The notes below the pieces were generated by a model. The model was not told where the DNA came from and did no database searches. It saw nothing but the letters and a program-made list of their open reading frames with translations. 64,000 nt of DNA, from contig CASFAQ010000016.1 in assembly GCA_949292725.1 (NCBI GenBank), positions 738 to 64,737 on the forward strand, in the 5' to 3' direction. Source of the DNA: an uncultured Eubacteriales bacterium. GTDB lineage: Bacteria; Bacillota; Clostridia; Lachnospirales; Lachnospiraceae. Shown here one piece after another: positions 48,801 to 58,755 of the stretch (position 1 is its first letter; each line of letters starts with the position of its first letter). The translations under genes and the position numbers were made by a program.

Positions 48801-49649
48801 TTAAATCACACCAAGTTCTTTCATATATCTTTCTAATGCATCCTTCCAGTCAGGAAGCCTTGCAAATCCCGCCTTATCAAGGCTCGCCTTCGACAGGCGC
48901 GAATTCATCGGTCTTGGCGCTTTTGCTCCGTATTCTTCAGTTGTTATATGCTTTACTTTGGTAGTATAGCCTGCAATTCTGAATATCTCCTCGGTAAATT
49001 CCGCCCATGAACATATTCCCTCATTGGTTGCATGATAGACGCCATATCGGTCGGTCACAAGCATATCGCACAGAAGAATTGCAAGGTCGGCAGTATAGGT
49101 CGGCGAACCTATCTGGTCGCAGACAACTCTTACCTCATCACGCTCCTTACCGACTCTTAGCATCGTTTTTATGAAGTTGTTGCCATTTATACCAAAAACC
49201 CATGAGATTCTGACGATAAAATATTTATCGATGGTATCAATTACCGCTTTCTCGCCATCCAGCTTTGTAATTCCGTACTGACCAAGCGGGCCCGTCGCAT
49301 CATCTGTTTCATAATACTCCGTACCCATACCCGGAAATACGTAATCAGTGCTTATATATACCATTTTGCAGTCAAGTTCTTTGCATACCCTTGCAATATT
49401 GGCAGGTCCGTCCACATTAACAGCGCGACATACTTCTGTATTATCCTCAGCCTTATCCACCGCCGTATATGCAGAGCAATGAACCACGACGTCCGGAGCA
49501 TACTCCATTATATAGTTTCTTGTCTTCTCTGCATCGGTTATATCAAACTCCTCAATGTCGGCTCCTATACAGTCGATGTGTCTTTCCCTAAGGACTTTCA
49601 TAACATCATATCCAAGCTGTCCTTTAACTCCCGTAACAAGAACTTTCAT
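48801..49649 (-). CDS. rmlD: dTDP-4-dehydrorhamnose reductase
   Basis: MKVLVTGVKGQLG start (ATG 49649). STDYVF motif. Confidence 0.92.
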   Translation of the reverse strand: MKVLVTGVKGQLGYDVMKVLRERHIDCIGADIEEFDITDAEKTRNYIMEYAPDVVVHCSAYTAVDKAEDNTEVCRAVNVDGPANIARVCKELDCKMVYISTDYVFPGMGTEYYETDDATGPLGQYGITKLDGEKAVIDTIDKYFIVRISWVFGINGNNFIKTMLRVGKERDEVRVVCDQIGSPTYTADLAILLCDMLVTDRYGVYHATNEGICSWAEFTEEIFRIAGYTTKVKHITTEEYGAKAPRPMNSRLSKASLDKAGFARLPDWKDALERYMKELGVI

Positions 49650-49668
49650 TATATCATATCCTTTCGCA

Positions 49669-50688
49669 CTATCTTCCTGCATACATTTTTTCGTAATAAT
49701 TCTGATATTCTCCGCTTATTATCTTTTCCCACCACGGCTTATTATTGAGATACCAGTCTATGGTCTTCTTGATTCCGTCGTCAAATCTTGTGGTAGGTTC
49801 CCAGCCAAGCTCATCATGTATCTTTGTAGGGTCGATGGCATATCTCATATCATGTCCCGGTCTGTCAGTCACATACTGAATAAGATCCCTGCTCTTTCCA
49901 AGGGCGTCTATGATGGTCTCTACAACCTGAAGGTTGGTACGCTCATTATGACCACCTATATTATATACCTCGCCTTCCCTGCCGTCATGTATGATCATGT
50001 CTATGGCACGACAGTGATCCTCAACATACAACCAGTCACGAACATTCTCACCCTTTCCGTATACAGGAAGAGGCTTATCATTGAGACAGTTTGCGATCAT
50101 AAGCGGTATAAGCTTCTCCGGAAAATGATACGGTCCGTAGTTATTGGAGCATCTTGATATTGTAACAGGAAGCTTAAATGTCCTGTGATATGCAAGTACA
50201 AGAAGATCCGCAGAAGCCTTGGATGCCGAATACGGACTTGATGTGTGAAGCGGTGTGGTCTCAGTAAAGAACAGATCGGGCCTGTCAAGAGGAAGATCTC
50301 CGTAAACCTCATCCGTGGATACCTGATGATACCTCTTTATCCCGTATATACGGCATGCGTCAAGAAGTACGCCCGTTCCAATCACATTAGTCTGAAGGAA
50401 TATACCCGGATCAGTTATGGAACGGTCAACATGACTTTCTGCCGCAAAGTTCACGACCATATCCGGCTTCTCATCCTCAAAAAGCTTATATACAAAATCT
50501 CTGTCCGCGATATCACCCTTTACGAACCTGAATCCCTTATTATCCATCACCGGCTCAAGAGTCTCAAGATTGCCTGCATATGTCAGCTTGTCCAGACAGA
50601 TAATCTTATAATCAGGATATTTGTTAATCATATAGTGAACAAAATTACCACCTATAAATCCGGCTCCTCCGGTTACAATTATTTTCAT
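49669..50688 (-). CDS. rmlB: dTDP-glucose 4,6-dehydratase
   Basis: 339 aa. MKIIVTGGAGFIG, YSASKA. Confidence 0.96.
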   Translation of the reverse strand: MKIIVTGGAGFIGGNFVHYMINKYPDYKIICLDKLTYAGNLETLEPVMDNKGFRFVKGDIADRDFVYKLFEDEKPDMVVNFAAESHVDRSITDPGIFLQTNVIGTGVLLDACRIYGIKRYHQVSTDEVYGDLPLDRPDLFFTETTPLHTSSPYSASKASADLLVLAYHRTFKLPVTISRCSNNYGPYHFPEKLIPLMIANCLNDKPLPVYGKGENVRDWLYVEDHCRAIDMIIHDGREGEVYNIGGHNERTNLQVVETIIDALGKSRDLIQYVTDRPGHDMRYAIDPTKIHDELGWEPTTRFDDGIKKTIDWYLNNKPWWEKIISGEYQNYYEKMYAGR

Positions 50689-50710
50689 GCGTCATTTCCT
50701 CCATATTCTA

Positions 50711-51283
50711 TTAGATTTGGTATTGAAAATTAATATATGACTCGTCATTCTCCACATCCGACAGTTTTGGCGCCACGGCGTCCTTATCGGAAAGTATCGG
50801 ATTATCTATACCCCAGTCAATTCCGATATCCGGATCGTTCCAGATTATATTTCTGTCTGCCTTAGGAGCGTACAGATTATCCTCTTTATATACGAACTCT
50901 ACATCATCTGTAAGAGTAAGGAATCCGTGTCCGCATCCCCTCGGTATCAACAGCTGGTTAAAATTATCCGGAGTAAGCTCCACTGCAACCCATTTCTTAT
51001 ATGTCGGCGAGCCCTTTCTGAGGTCAACCGCCACGTCAAGCACTGCTCCTCTTACGCAGCGAACGAGCTTTGCCTGTGCATCATCACCGTATTGAAAATG
51101 AATTCCTCTTATAGTTCCCTTTACCGATGAAAAAGACTGGTTATCCTGAACAAAATCATAGAAGAGTCCTGCATCCTCCATCTTCTTCTTGGACCAGCTT
51201 TCCATGAACCATCCTCTTTTATCTCCAAATACCTGTGGTTTGAGAATTTTAACGCCTTCAACGGCTGTGTCGATTACTTCCAT
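50711..51283 (-). CDS. rmlC: dTDP-4-dehydrorhamnose 3,5-epimerase
   Basis: Start MEVIDTAVEGVKILKPQVFGDKRGWF after GGAGG. The upstream part of the track ORF overlaps rmlA and is rejected. Confidence 0.92.
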   Translation of the reverse strand: MEVIDTAVEGVKILKPQVFGDKRGWFMESWSKKKMEDAGLFYDFVQDNQSFSSVKGTIRGIHFQYGDDAQAKLVRCVRGAVLDVAVDLRKGSPTYKKWVAVELTPDNFNQLLIPRGCGHGFLTLTDDVEFVYKEDNLYAPKADRNIIWNDPDIGIDWGIDNPILSDKDAVAPKLSDVENDESYINFQYQI

Positions 51284-51299
51284 GTTCATATACCTCCGA

Positions 51300-52178
51300 T
51301 TAATATCTGTATTTTCCTTCCGCAACCTTCTTAAGGTGAGCTCCATATGAAGATTTACCGTACATGGAAGCCGAATAAAGAAGCTGTTCCTTATCGATCC
51401 ATCCGTTAATATACGCAATCTCCTCGACAGCGGAAACTTTGATTCCCTGCCTGTTCTCTATTACCTTAACAAACTCCGCAGCCTCTGAAAGCGCATCAAT
51501 CGTGCCCGTATCGAGCCATGCGTTTCCTCGTCCCAGAGTTACAACATTGAGAGTTCCCTCATCAAGATACATCCTGTTAAGGTCCGTGATCTCAAGTTCT
51601 CCCCTTGCGGATGGCTTTACTTTTTTTGCAAATTCACATACCCTGTTATCATAAAAATACAGTCCCGTAACACAGTAATTGGATTTGGGATTCTCAGGCT
51701 TCTCCTCAATCGAAACGGCCTTTCCGTTCTCGTCAAATTCAACTATTCCAAACCTTTCAGGATCATCAACATAATAACCGAATACAGTGGCTCCGACCTC
51801 TCTTCCCGCCGCATCCCTCAGATGCTTCTTAAGCCCGTTGCCATAAAAAATATTATCGCCAAGCACCATTGCACATGAATCGCCATCTATAAAATCTTCC
51901 CCGATAATGAACGCCTGTGCAAGTCCGTCAGGCGACGGCTGTTCCTTGTAACTCAGCTCTATACCATATTTCGAACCATCTCCCAATAATCTTTCAAATG
52001 CCGGCAAATCCGTTGGCGTCGATATAATAAGTATATCCCTTATGCCCGCCAGCATAAGCGTCGAAAGCGGATAATATATCATAGGCTTGTCATACACCGG
52101 CAAAAGCTGCTTTGACGTCACCATGGTCAGCGGATACAATCTTGTTCCCGAACCACCCGCAAGAATAATGCCCTTCAT
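51300..52178 (-). CDS. rmlA: Glucose-1-phosphate thymidylyltransferase
   Basis: [18 protein letters not shown] start after GGGAGGAG. Confidence 0.96.
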   Translation of the reverse strand: MKGIILAGGSGTRLYPLTMVTSKQLLPVYDKPMIYYPLSTLMLAGIRDILIISTPTDLPAFERLLGDGSKYGIELSYKEQPSPDGLAQAFIIGEDFIDGDSCAMVLGDNIFYGNGLKKHLRDAAGREVGATVFGYYVDDPERFGIVEFDENGKAVSIEEKPENPKSNYCVTGLYFYDNRVCEFAKKVKPSARGELEITDLNRMYLDEGTLNVVTLGRGNAWLDTGTIDALSEAAEFVKVIENRQGIKVSAVEEIAYINGWIDKEQLLYSASMYGKSSYGAHLKKVAEGKYRY

Positions 52179-52237
52179 ATATACATCTCCTCCCAAATGT
52201 TCTCTAAACATATACAGAAATACTCATAATCTCTAGT

Positions 52238-52266
52238 ATTGTATCATATAAATTTTCAGTTTACAA
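52238..52266 (-). promoter_or_regulatory. Putative sigma-A promoter of the rml/glycopolymer operon
   Basis: Minus strand: -35 TTGTAA, 17-nt spacer, extended -10 TGaTACAAT. Confidence 0.5.
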
Positions 52267-52294
52267 CATAAAGTAACACACAGTAAGCTGACGC

Positions 52295-52323
52295 TTGATA
52301 AAAACAGCTTTTCGTACTATTAT
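52295..52323 (+). promoter_or_regulatory. Putative sigma-A promoter of the malic enzyme gene
   Basis: -35 TTGATA, 17-nt spacer, -10 TATTAT. Confidence 0.5.
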
Positions 52324-52372
52324 ATAGAAGTATATATAGAAAACCATATTTTATACGAAAGGACAACACAGT

Positions 52373-53521
52373 ATGAATAACGATCCACTTTTATTCCATG
52401 AAGAACTTAAAGGAAAGATAAGCACGGAGGCCAAATGCAGCGTCAAATCAAGAGAAGCCCTTGGCGTCGCATATACGCCCGGCGTTGCAGAGCCATGCAA
52501 GGTCATAGCAAAGGACCCTGAAGCTGCCTATAAATATACCATAAAATCCAACACCATAGCTGTGATTTCGGATGGAAGCGCTGTTCTTGGTCTTGGAGAT
52601 ATCGGACCACTGGCCGCACTTCCTGTTATGGAAGGAAAGGCCGTACTGTTTAAGGAGTTCGGAGGCGTCAATGCGTTTCCGATCTGTCTTGATACCAAGG
52701 ATACCAAAGAGATTATAGAAACTATCGTGCGTATCGCTCCAGTATTCGGCGGAATCAATCTTGAGGATATATCAGCTCCAAGATGCTTTGAAATAGAGGA
52801 AGAACTTAAAAAGCGCCTTGATATACCGGTATTTCACGACGATCAGCATGGCACCGCAATAGTTGTGCTTGCCGGCATAATCAATGCCCTAAGAGTTACC
52901 GGCAAATCAAAAAAAGATTGCCGTATCGTCGTAAACGGAGCGGGAAGCGCAGGAATTGCGATAACTAAGCTTCTTCTGTCATACGGATTTGCCGATATTA
53001 CGATGTGCGATATTTCGGGAATTCTTTCAAAGAACTCGCCTGATATTAACAGCGTTCAGCGTGAGATGATGGAATATACCAATCTTTCAGGCCAGAGCGG
53101 AACACTTGCCGACGCCCTGCGTGGTGCGGATGTATTTGTAGGAGTGTCCGCACCAAATATAGTCACCAAAGACATGGTTGCGTCCATGAATGATGATGCC
53201 ATATTATTTGCAATGGCCAATCCCGTTCCTGAAATAATGCCGGATAAGGCAAAAGCTGCCGGAGCAAGAGTTGTCGGTACCGGGCGTTCAGACTTTGCCA
53301 ATCAGATAAATAACGTAGTTGCATTTCCGGGAATATTTAAGGGAGCGCTTCTTGGACGCGCCCCACAGATTACCGAAGAGATGAAGCTTGCAGCCGCAGA
53401 GGCCATCGCCGCTCTCGTATCCGATGATGAAATTAATGACGAATATATAATGCCACAGCCTTTTGACCCGCGCGTTACTGACGCGGTATGCAAGGCTGTA
53501 ATGGAGCATATTGACAGATAA
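52373..53521 (+). CDS. NAD(P)-dependent malic enzyme (short form)
   Basis: 382 aa. LGVAYTPGVAEPC, GLGDIGP, VVNGAGSAGIA. Confidence 0.92.
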   Translation: MNNDPLLFHEELKGKISTEAKCSVKSREALGVAYTPGVAEPCKVIAKDPEAAYKYTIKSNTIAVISDGSAVLGLGDIGPLAALPVMEGKAVLFKEFGGVNAFPICLDTKDTKEIIETIVRIAPVFGGINLEDISAPRCFEIEEELKKRLDIPVFHDDQHGTAIVVLAGIINALRVTGKSKKDCRIVVNGAGSAGIAITKLLLSYGFADITMCDISGILSKNSPDINSVQREMMEYTNLSGQSGTLADALRGADVFVGVSAPNIVTKDMVASMNDDAILFAMANPVPEIMPDKAKAAGARVVGTGRSDFANQINNVVAFPGIFKGALLGRAPQITEEMKLAAAEAIAALVSDDEINDEYIMPQPFDPRVTDAVCKAVMEHIDR

Positions 53522-53532
53522 AAGGAGTTCCT

Positions 53533-54048
53533 ATGATATCCACACCACAGACATTATTCAAACTAATGATACTGTATTTTCTTGACTGCGCAGGCTTTTC
53601 TCTTTCTAATGCAGTTATATCGGACTATATCCTTGAGAAAGGATATACAGATTATTTTAATATACAGAAGGCCTTTTCGGAGCTTGAGGATGAAGAACTT
53701 ATATCGTCCGTATCCACTCACAAAAGCACGCATTACAGAATAACATCTGAGGGCAAAGAGACTCTTGGCTTTTTCCATTATGAGATATCTCCTGCAATAA
53801 AGGCAGAGATAAAAGACTATCTGAAAGAGCATTTCAACACCATAGTTGAAATGCTCTCCGTAAGTTCTGATTATAAAAGAATCCGTACCAATGAGTATCT
53901 GGTAAGCCTCAAAATAACTGAGCGCGATACTCTTATCATGGCGCTCGACATCACCGTCGCCACTGAGGAAGCCGCACTAAGATGCATGAGTAACTGGGAT
54001 AAGAATAATTCTGATATATATGCATACCTTATCCGTTCACTTATGTAA
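53533..54048 (+). CDS. DUF4364-like (PadR-like winged-helix) protein
   Basis: 171 aa. FKLMILYFL... N-terminus. Family assignment is by recollection. Confidence 0.6.
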   Translation: MISTPQTLFKLMILYFLDCAGFSLSNAVISDYILEKGYTDYFNIQKAFSELEDEELISSVSTHKSTHYRITSEGKETLGFFHYEISPAIKAEIKDYLKEHFNTIVEMLSVSSDYKRIRTNEYLVSLKITERDTLIMALDITVATEEAALRCMSNWDKNNSDIYAYLIRSLM

Positions 54049-54051
54049 TAT

Positions 54052-55863
54052 CTATTTGGACGGTCTTCCTATAACTGATATATTATCTATATTATACATA
54101 TACCCCTGAGATACGCTGTATCCGCTGGCATGTATTATCTTTCCGAATGTATAACCGCTTCCATAATATGTTGAAGCTTCCTGCCCCATATATATTGCCA
54201 CATGATATATATTCTTATATCTGCCGTTACGGGCTCCGCTAAAGAAGAAAAGGTCTCCCGGCAGAAGCTTGTTAAGCTTTGTCCTTGCCTTCTTCTTAAC
54301 TGTCTTGTTGCGTCTTACGCAGAATCTTGCCTCATTAGCCGCCACCGGTGCGTACTTTCTGTCGCCGAATACTATGCCGGTCGGTTTGTATGATCTCCAC
54401 ACAAGCGATGAACAGTCGTAATACCCTTTTGACATCCGTCTTGCCTGACTGTATTTTGCTCCCTCTGCCTTTAGTGCATTAAGAACCGCCTTTGCTCCTT
54501 TTTTGGTTCCAACATTTACCGACACCGTAAGCGCCGCACCATCCACATGTGCCGTTATCGCCGAGAAACCTGTTCCTTTTGCTTTAACAACCCCGCCTTT
54601 GCTTACCGTAGCAACGCTTTTATTGGATGATGTATAAGATATAACACTCTGTGCATTGGTTCCCGTAACATTGATAACCTGTTTGGTTCCCTTTGCCGTC
54701 ACATAAAAATTTTTCTTTAGCTGTGGATTCGTCACGGTAATATTACATGTCTTTACAACTCCATCCACCGAAACCGATATCACTGCGTTGCCCGTCTTAA
54801 CTCCATACATCGTTGCTGACGGGGAAGTCGGAACCGATACGCCGTTAGAATATACAACCACTGTACCGTAATCCGAAGAATTCCATACCGCGCTTCCACT
54901 GGTTCCCGAAAGAATAAGAGTCATGGATGCATTGATTGCAAGATTAGTTTCCGATACATTAAGAACCGGATTGGTAACATGAAATTCGCATCTGTATTTT
55001 ATAACTGCACCCGGACTTTTGGTGACAGATGCAGTAATAGTTGCCTCTCCTGCCAACACAGGCGTTACAAGTCCCGCTGAATTAACATTTGCCACGCTAT
55101 TATCGGAAGAACTCCATTGCACATCTCCACGTGTAAGATTAACAAGCGAAAGAATATACGGAGCGCTTCCCACAGCCCTGTATACTACTGATTCGGATAT
55201 ATATGTTCCGCCGGCATTGGCCTGCACTCTTCCCACGTACATTTTATTACCTGCGTTATCCTCAAGATATACCGACACCATCCCCGCTTTTTTAGAAGTG
55301 AGAGTACCATCCTCATCCATAGAAAACGCACCATTTTCGTTATTTTCAAGTACATAATGCATATTCTTGTATGCATTATATGTATGATAATCAAATTTTA
55401 CTGCTTCTCCTTCTTCTATGACCCGCTCTGACGTGGCTATAACCTCCACCTCAGCTCTTCCCATTATGGTCCTGGTACCCTTATACACACCGTCCTCATC
55501 ACAGTAATCAATCTCTGCGGTTACGCTTATATACGTCTTTCCCGTATAATTAGCTCTTATCCGTGCTCCGTAAGCTCCGTTTGAATCCACCGTGATAACT
55601 GCTGTTGAATAATCGGTTGCGTATGAAAATCTTGCCGTCTTATCCGAAAGACTGGTCTTAAGCTTTATATCAGCCGTGTCATTTACAATAAATGTATAGC
55701 TCTTCTCTTCAAACCCGAGCGAAATATCCTTAAGATCTTCCTCCGTAAAATAATCTCCTGATGTATCTTTAGCCGCAGCTTTTTCGTAATCCACGTACAT
55801 CCATGCAGCTGCAATCACACACATAATAATTACCGCATGCACTATCCTTCGTACATTAGCCAC
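54052..55863 (-). CDS. Secreted protein with several Big_2 Ig-like domains and a C-terminal NlpC/P60 peptidase domain
   Basis: 603 aa with an N-terminal anchor/signal. Repeated ...ATITASV.. / GFSAITAHV Big_2 signatures. C-terminal YDCSSLVWRSY...HVAIYMG gives the Cys-His pair. Confidence 0.85.
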   Translation of the reverse strand: MANVRRIVHAVIIMCVIAAAWMYVDYEKAAAKDTSGDYFTEEDLKDISLGFEEKSYTFIVNDTADIKLKTSLSDKTARFSYATDYSTAVITVDSNGAYGARIRANYTGKTYISVTAEIDYCDEDGVYKGTRTIMGRAEVEVIATSERVIEEGEAVKFDYHTYNAYKNMHYVLENNENGAFSMDEDGTLTSKKAGMVSVYLEDNAGNKMYVGRVQANAGGTYISESVVYRAVGSAPYILSLVNLTRGDVQWSSSDNSVANVNSAGLVTPVLAGEATITASVTKSPGAVIKYRCEFHVTNPVLNVSETNLAINASMTLILSGTSGSAVWNSSDYGTVVVYSNGVSVPTSPSATMYGVKTGNAVISVSVDGVVKTCNITVTNPQLKKNFYVTAKGTKQVINVTGTNAQSVISYTSSNKSVATVSKGGVVKAKGTGFSAITAHVDGAALTVSVNVGTKKGAKAVLNALKAEGAKYSQARRMSKGYYDCSSLVWRSYKPTGIVFGDRKYAPVAANEARFCVRRNKTVKKKARTKLNKLLPGDLFFFSGARNGRYKNIYHVAIYMGQEASTYYGSGYTFGKIIHASGYSVSQGYMYNIDNISVIGRPSK

Positions 55864-55865
55864 TA

Positions 55866-56468
55866 TTAATCATCTCCTGAAAATAATATAAAGTACTCCC
55901 ATATGTATTCAAGGATCTCATCCCTGCCCAATCCCGTTACGGAAGAAAAAGGAATAACAGGCGTGTCGCTTACGACATTAAGAACTCTTTTAATGGATGA
56001 AATGCCGGAGTTGATTCCGCTTTTTTTTATCTTATCTGCCTTAGTTGCTATAATAATCGGGCTGAATCCATAGCTGCACAATCTCTTATACATGTCTATG
56101 TCAAGTTTTGTAGGTTCATGACGTATATCTATGAGCTGGAACACTACGCGCAGCATACGGGAAGTTTTAAAATATCTCTCCGTCATACGAAGCCATTTTT
56201 CTTTGAGCTCTTTTGAAACCTTCGCATACCCATATCCCGGAAGATCCACAAAATACATCTGATCATTGACCTTATAATAATTGACCGTCTGGGTTTTGCC
56301 GGGCTGCGACGACGTTCTTGCAAGCGAACGCCTTCTAAGAAGCGAATTGATCAATGAAGATTTGCCGACGTTGGATCTGCCGATAAATGCAAATTCAATG
56401 TCCCTGTTATCGGGAAATGAACTTGTGATACCACACACTGTCTCAAGATTAACATTCTTTATCTTCAT
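55866..56468 (-). CDS. engB: Ribosome biogenesis GTPase YsxC/EngB
   Basis: 200 aa. GRSNVGKSSLIN, DLPGYGYA. Confidence 0.93.
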   Translation of the reverse strand: MKIKNVNLETVCGITSSFPDNRDIEFAFIGRSNVGKSSLINSLLRRRSLARTSSQPGKTQTVNYYKVNDQMYFVDLPGYGYAKVSKELKEKWLRMTERYFKTSRMLRVVFQLIDIRHEPTKLDIDMYKRLCSYGFSPIIIATKADKIKKSGINSGISSIKRVLNVVSDTPVIPFSSVTGLGRDEILEYIWEYFILFSGDD

Positions 56469-56521
56469 TAACTTCCTCCATAACTCTGTATACGATTATG
56501 ATCGATATATGTGTCAAAATA

Positions 56522-58664
56522 TTATAAAAACGCGTTATTTATAACCTGTTCCATATTATCCACATACTTTATCTCGATTCCGTCCGTAATCTCATTATCC
56601 ATATCATGTATGTCAACCTTATTCTTATCAGGTACCAGTACTGTTCGTACTCCGCAGGCCTTTGCCGCAAGAAGCTTTTCCTTAAGTCCTCCCACCGGAA
56701 GCACTCGTCCTCTTAATGTTATCTCCCCGGTCATCGCCAGATCAGAATGTACCGGCCTCAGGCATGTTGCTGACATTATTGCCGTTGCCATGGTAATTCC
56801 CGCGGAAGGTCCGTCCTTTGGCACGGCTCCCTCAGGTATATGGATATGTATGTCATTTTCCTCGAAATAATCCTCAGCAATATTATATTTGTCGCTTTGT
56901 GACCTTACATAGCTCATTGCCGTTACTGCCGATTCCTTCATAACGTCGCCCATTTGTCCGGTAAGTTTAAGATCTCCTTTACCATGCATAATGTTTACTT
57001 CAATTTCGAGTGTCTCTCCTCCGAATGACGTCCACGCAAGACCTCTTACGATTCCTATCTCATCCTTCTTGCCAATCTCATCCATTCTGTATACCTTTTT
57101 CCCAAGATATTCAGAAAGATTTCTTACGGTTATGCGCACTTTTTCCGTTTCTTTTGCTACTATCTGCTTAGCTGTTTTTCTGCAGATTTTGCCTATGCAT
57201 CTCTCAAGCTTTCTTACACCTGACTCCCTTGTATAATACTGTATTATATCCCTGATCGCCCCGTCTGTTATCGTAATATTATCCGGCCTGAGACCGTTTT
57301 TCCCAATCTGTCTTCTTACAAGATGTTTTTTGGCAATATGAAACTTTTCATTACTCGTATATCCCGAAACCTGTATTATCTCCATTCTGTCCAAAAGCGG
57401 TTCAGGAATGTTATCCGTACTGTTCGCCGTGCATATGAACATAACTTTTGAAAGGTCAACCGGAATCTCTACGTAATGATCGGTAAAATATTCGTTCTGC
57501 TCCGGATCAAGCACCTCAAGAAGCGCCGAAAATACATCCCCCTTATAATCACTGCTTACCTTATCTATCTCGTCCAGAAGCATAAGCGGATTAGATACTC
57601 CGGATTTCTTTAATGCACTTATTATCCTTCCCGGCATAGCTCCTACATATGTGCGTCTGTGTCCGCGTATCTCAGCCTCATCCCTTACTCCGCCGAGACA
57701 TATACGCATGTACTTGCGGTTAAGGGCTTCCGCTACGGATCTTGCAATCGATGTCTTACCGGTTCCCGGAGGCCCCACAAGACATATTATAGGAGACTCG
57801 GCTCCTTCGTTAAGAACTCTTACCGCAAGAGATTCGGCGATACGTTCCTTTACATCGGAAAGGCCGTAATGATCCCTGTCAAGAATCTTACGTACATTAC
57901 CGATATCAGTACTGTCCTTATCCGTCTTATTCCACGGAAGCGCCAAAAGCAGCTCTATGTAAGTACGGCTAACGGCTGCCTCCTGAGAACTTGACAATAT
58001 CTCCTCGTAACGCCTTATCTCCGTACAGATATGCTCCTTCACAGACTCATTTGCATCAAGCTCATCGCATTTGCCATAAAAATCACGCACAATTCCGTCG
58101 GAACTGTCGCCAAGCTCCTCTCTGATAACAGCAAGCTGCTCTTTTAGATAATAATCCTTCTGGTTCTTATCTATCTTTTTTTGTATCTTCTGATTAAATT
58201 CATTTCTCATTCGGAATATCTGAATATCCTCAGCAAGTCCTTTTATAAGAATGCTGCATCTCTTAATTATATCCAGTTCATTTATTATCTTATCTTTGAT
58301 ATCCTCTGCTACCGGAACATTAGCCGCAATAAAATCGGTTATTCGTTCAAGATCCACAGCCTCCCTGACAGTATCCGATATATAAGGATTTATGTGGAGA
58401 TTTTCTTTTTCGTATACTTCAAATATGTCCTTAAGCGCCATAAGCATTCCCGCAGTTTCATAGGTGCCTGTATCGCTTTTTTCAATCTCATCATATCTGC
58501 ATTCTGCCAGATCGCCGTTAATTCTGAAATCAGTTATGATTACCCGTCTCTTTCGCCGAGCGATAATTGCTGCCTTTTTCAACCATAAAATTAATATGTG
58601 TATCCGGAAAAACATGTATTCCATCCAACATAAAAACCGGTACATATAAAGAGGTTTTCTTCAT
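56522..58664 (-). CDS. lon: ATP-dependent Lon protease; reading frame interrupted near the 5' end
   Basis: GPPGTGKTS Walker A and [10 protein letters not shown] catalytic Ser motif. The N-terminus [30 protein letters not shown] (ATG 58664, RBS GGGAG) is in another frame. The frames join if one A of the A5 run (58575..58579) is removed. Confidence 0.88.
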
Positions 58665-58679
58665 AATATCAACTCCCAT

Positions 58680-58699
58680 AAATTGCACAAAAATTGCAC
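58680..58699. promoter_or_regulatory. Tandem direct repeat AAATTGCAC-aa-AAATTGCAC (11-nt period) just upstream of the lon RBS
   Basis: Read directly from the sequence. On the minus strand it reads GTGCAATTT-tt-GTGCAATTT. Confidence 0.35.
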
Positions 58700-58741
58700 A
58701 CTTATCACTGTGCATATACACTAACGTAATAATAAGTGTGC
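58696..58741 (-). terminator. Stem-loop after clpX (possible terminator or attenuator)
   Basis: GCACACTTAT...ATAAGTGTGC is a 10-bp stem with a 26-nt loop. On the minus strand AATTTTTG follows. Confidence 0.4.
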
Positions 58742-58755
58742 ATTTATAAGATCCT

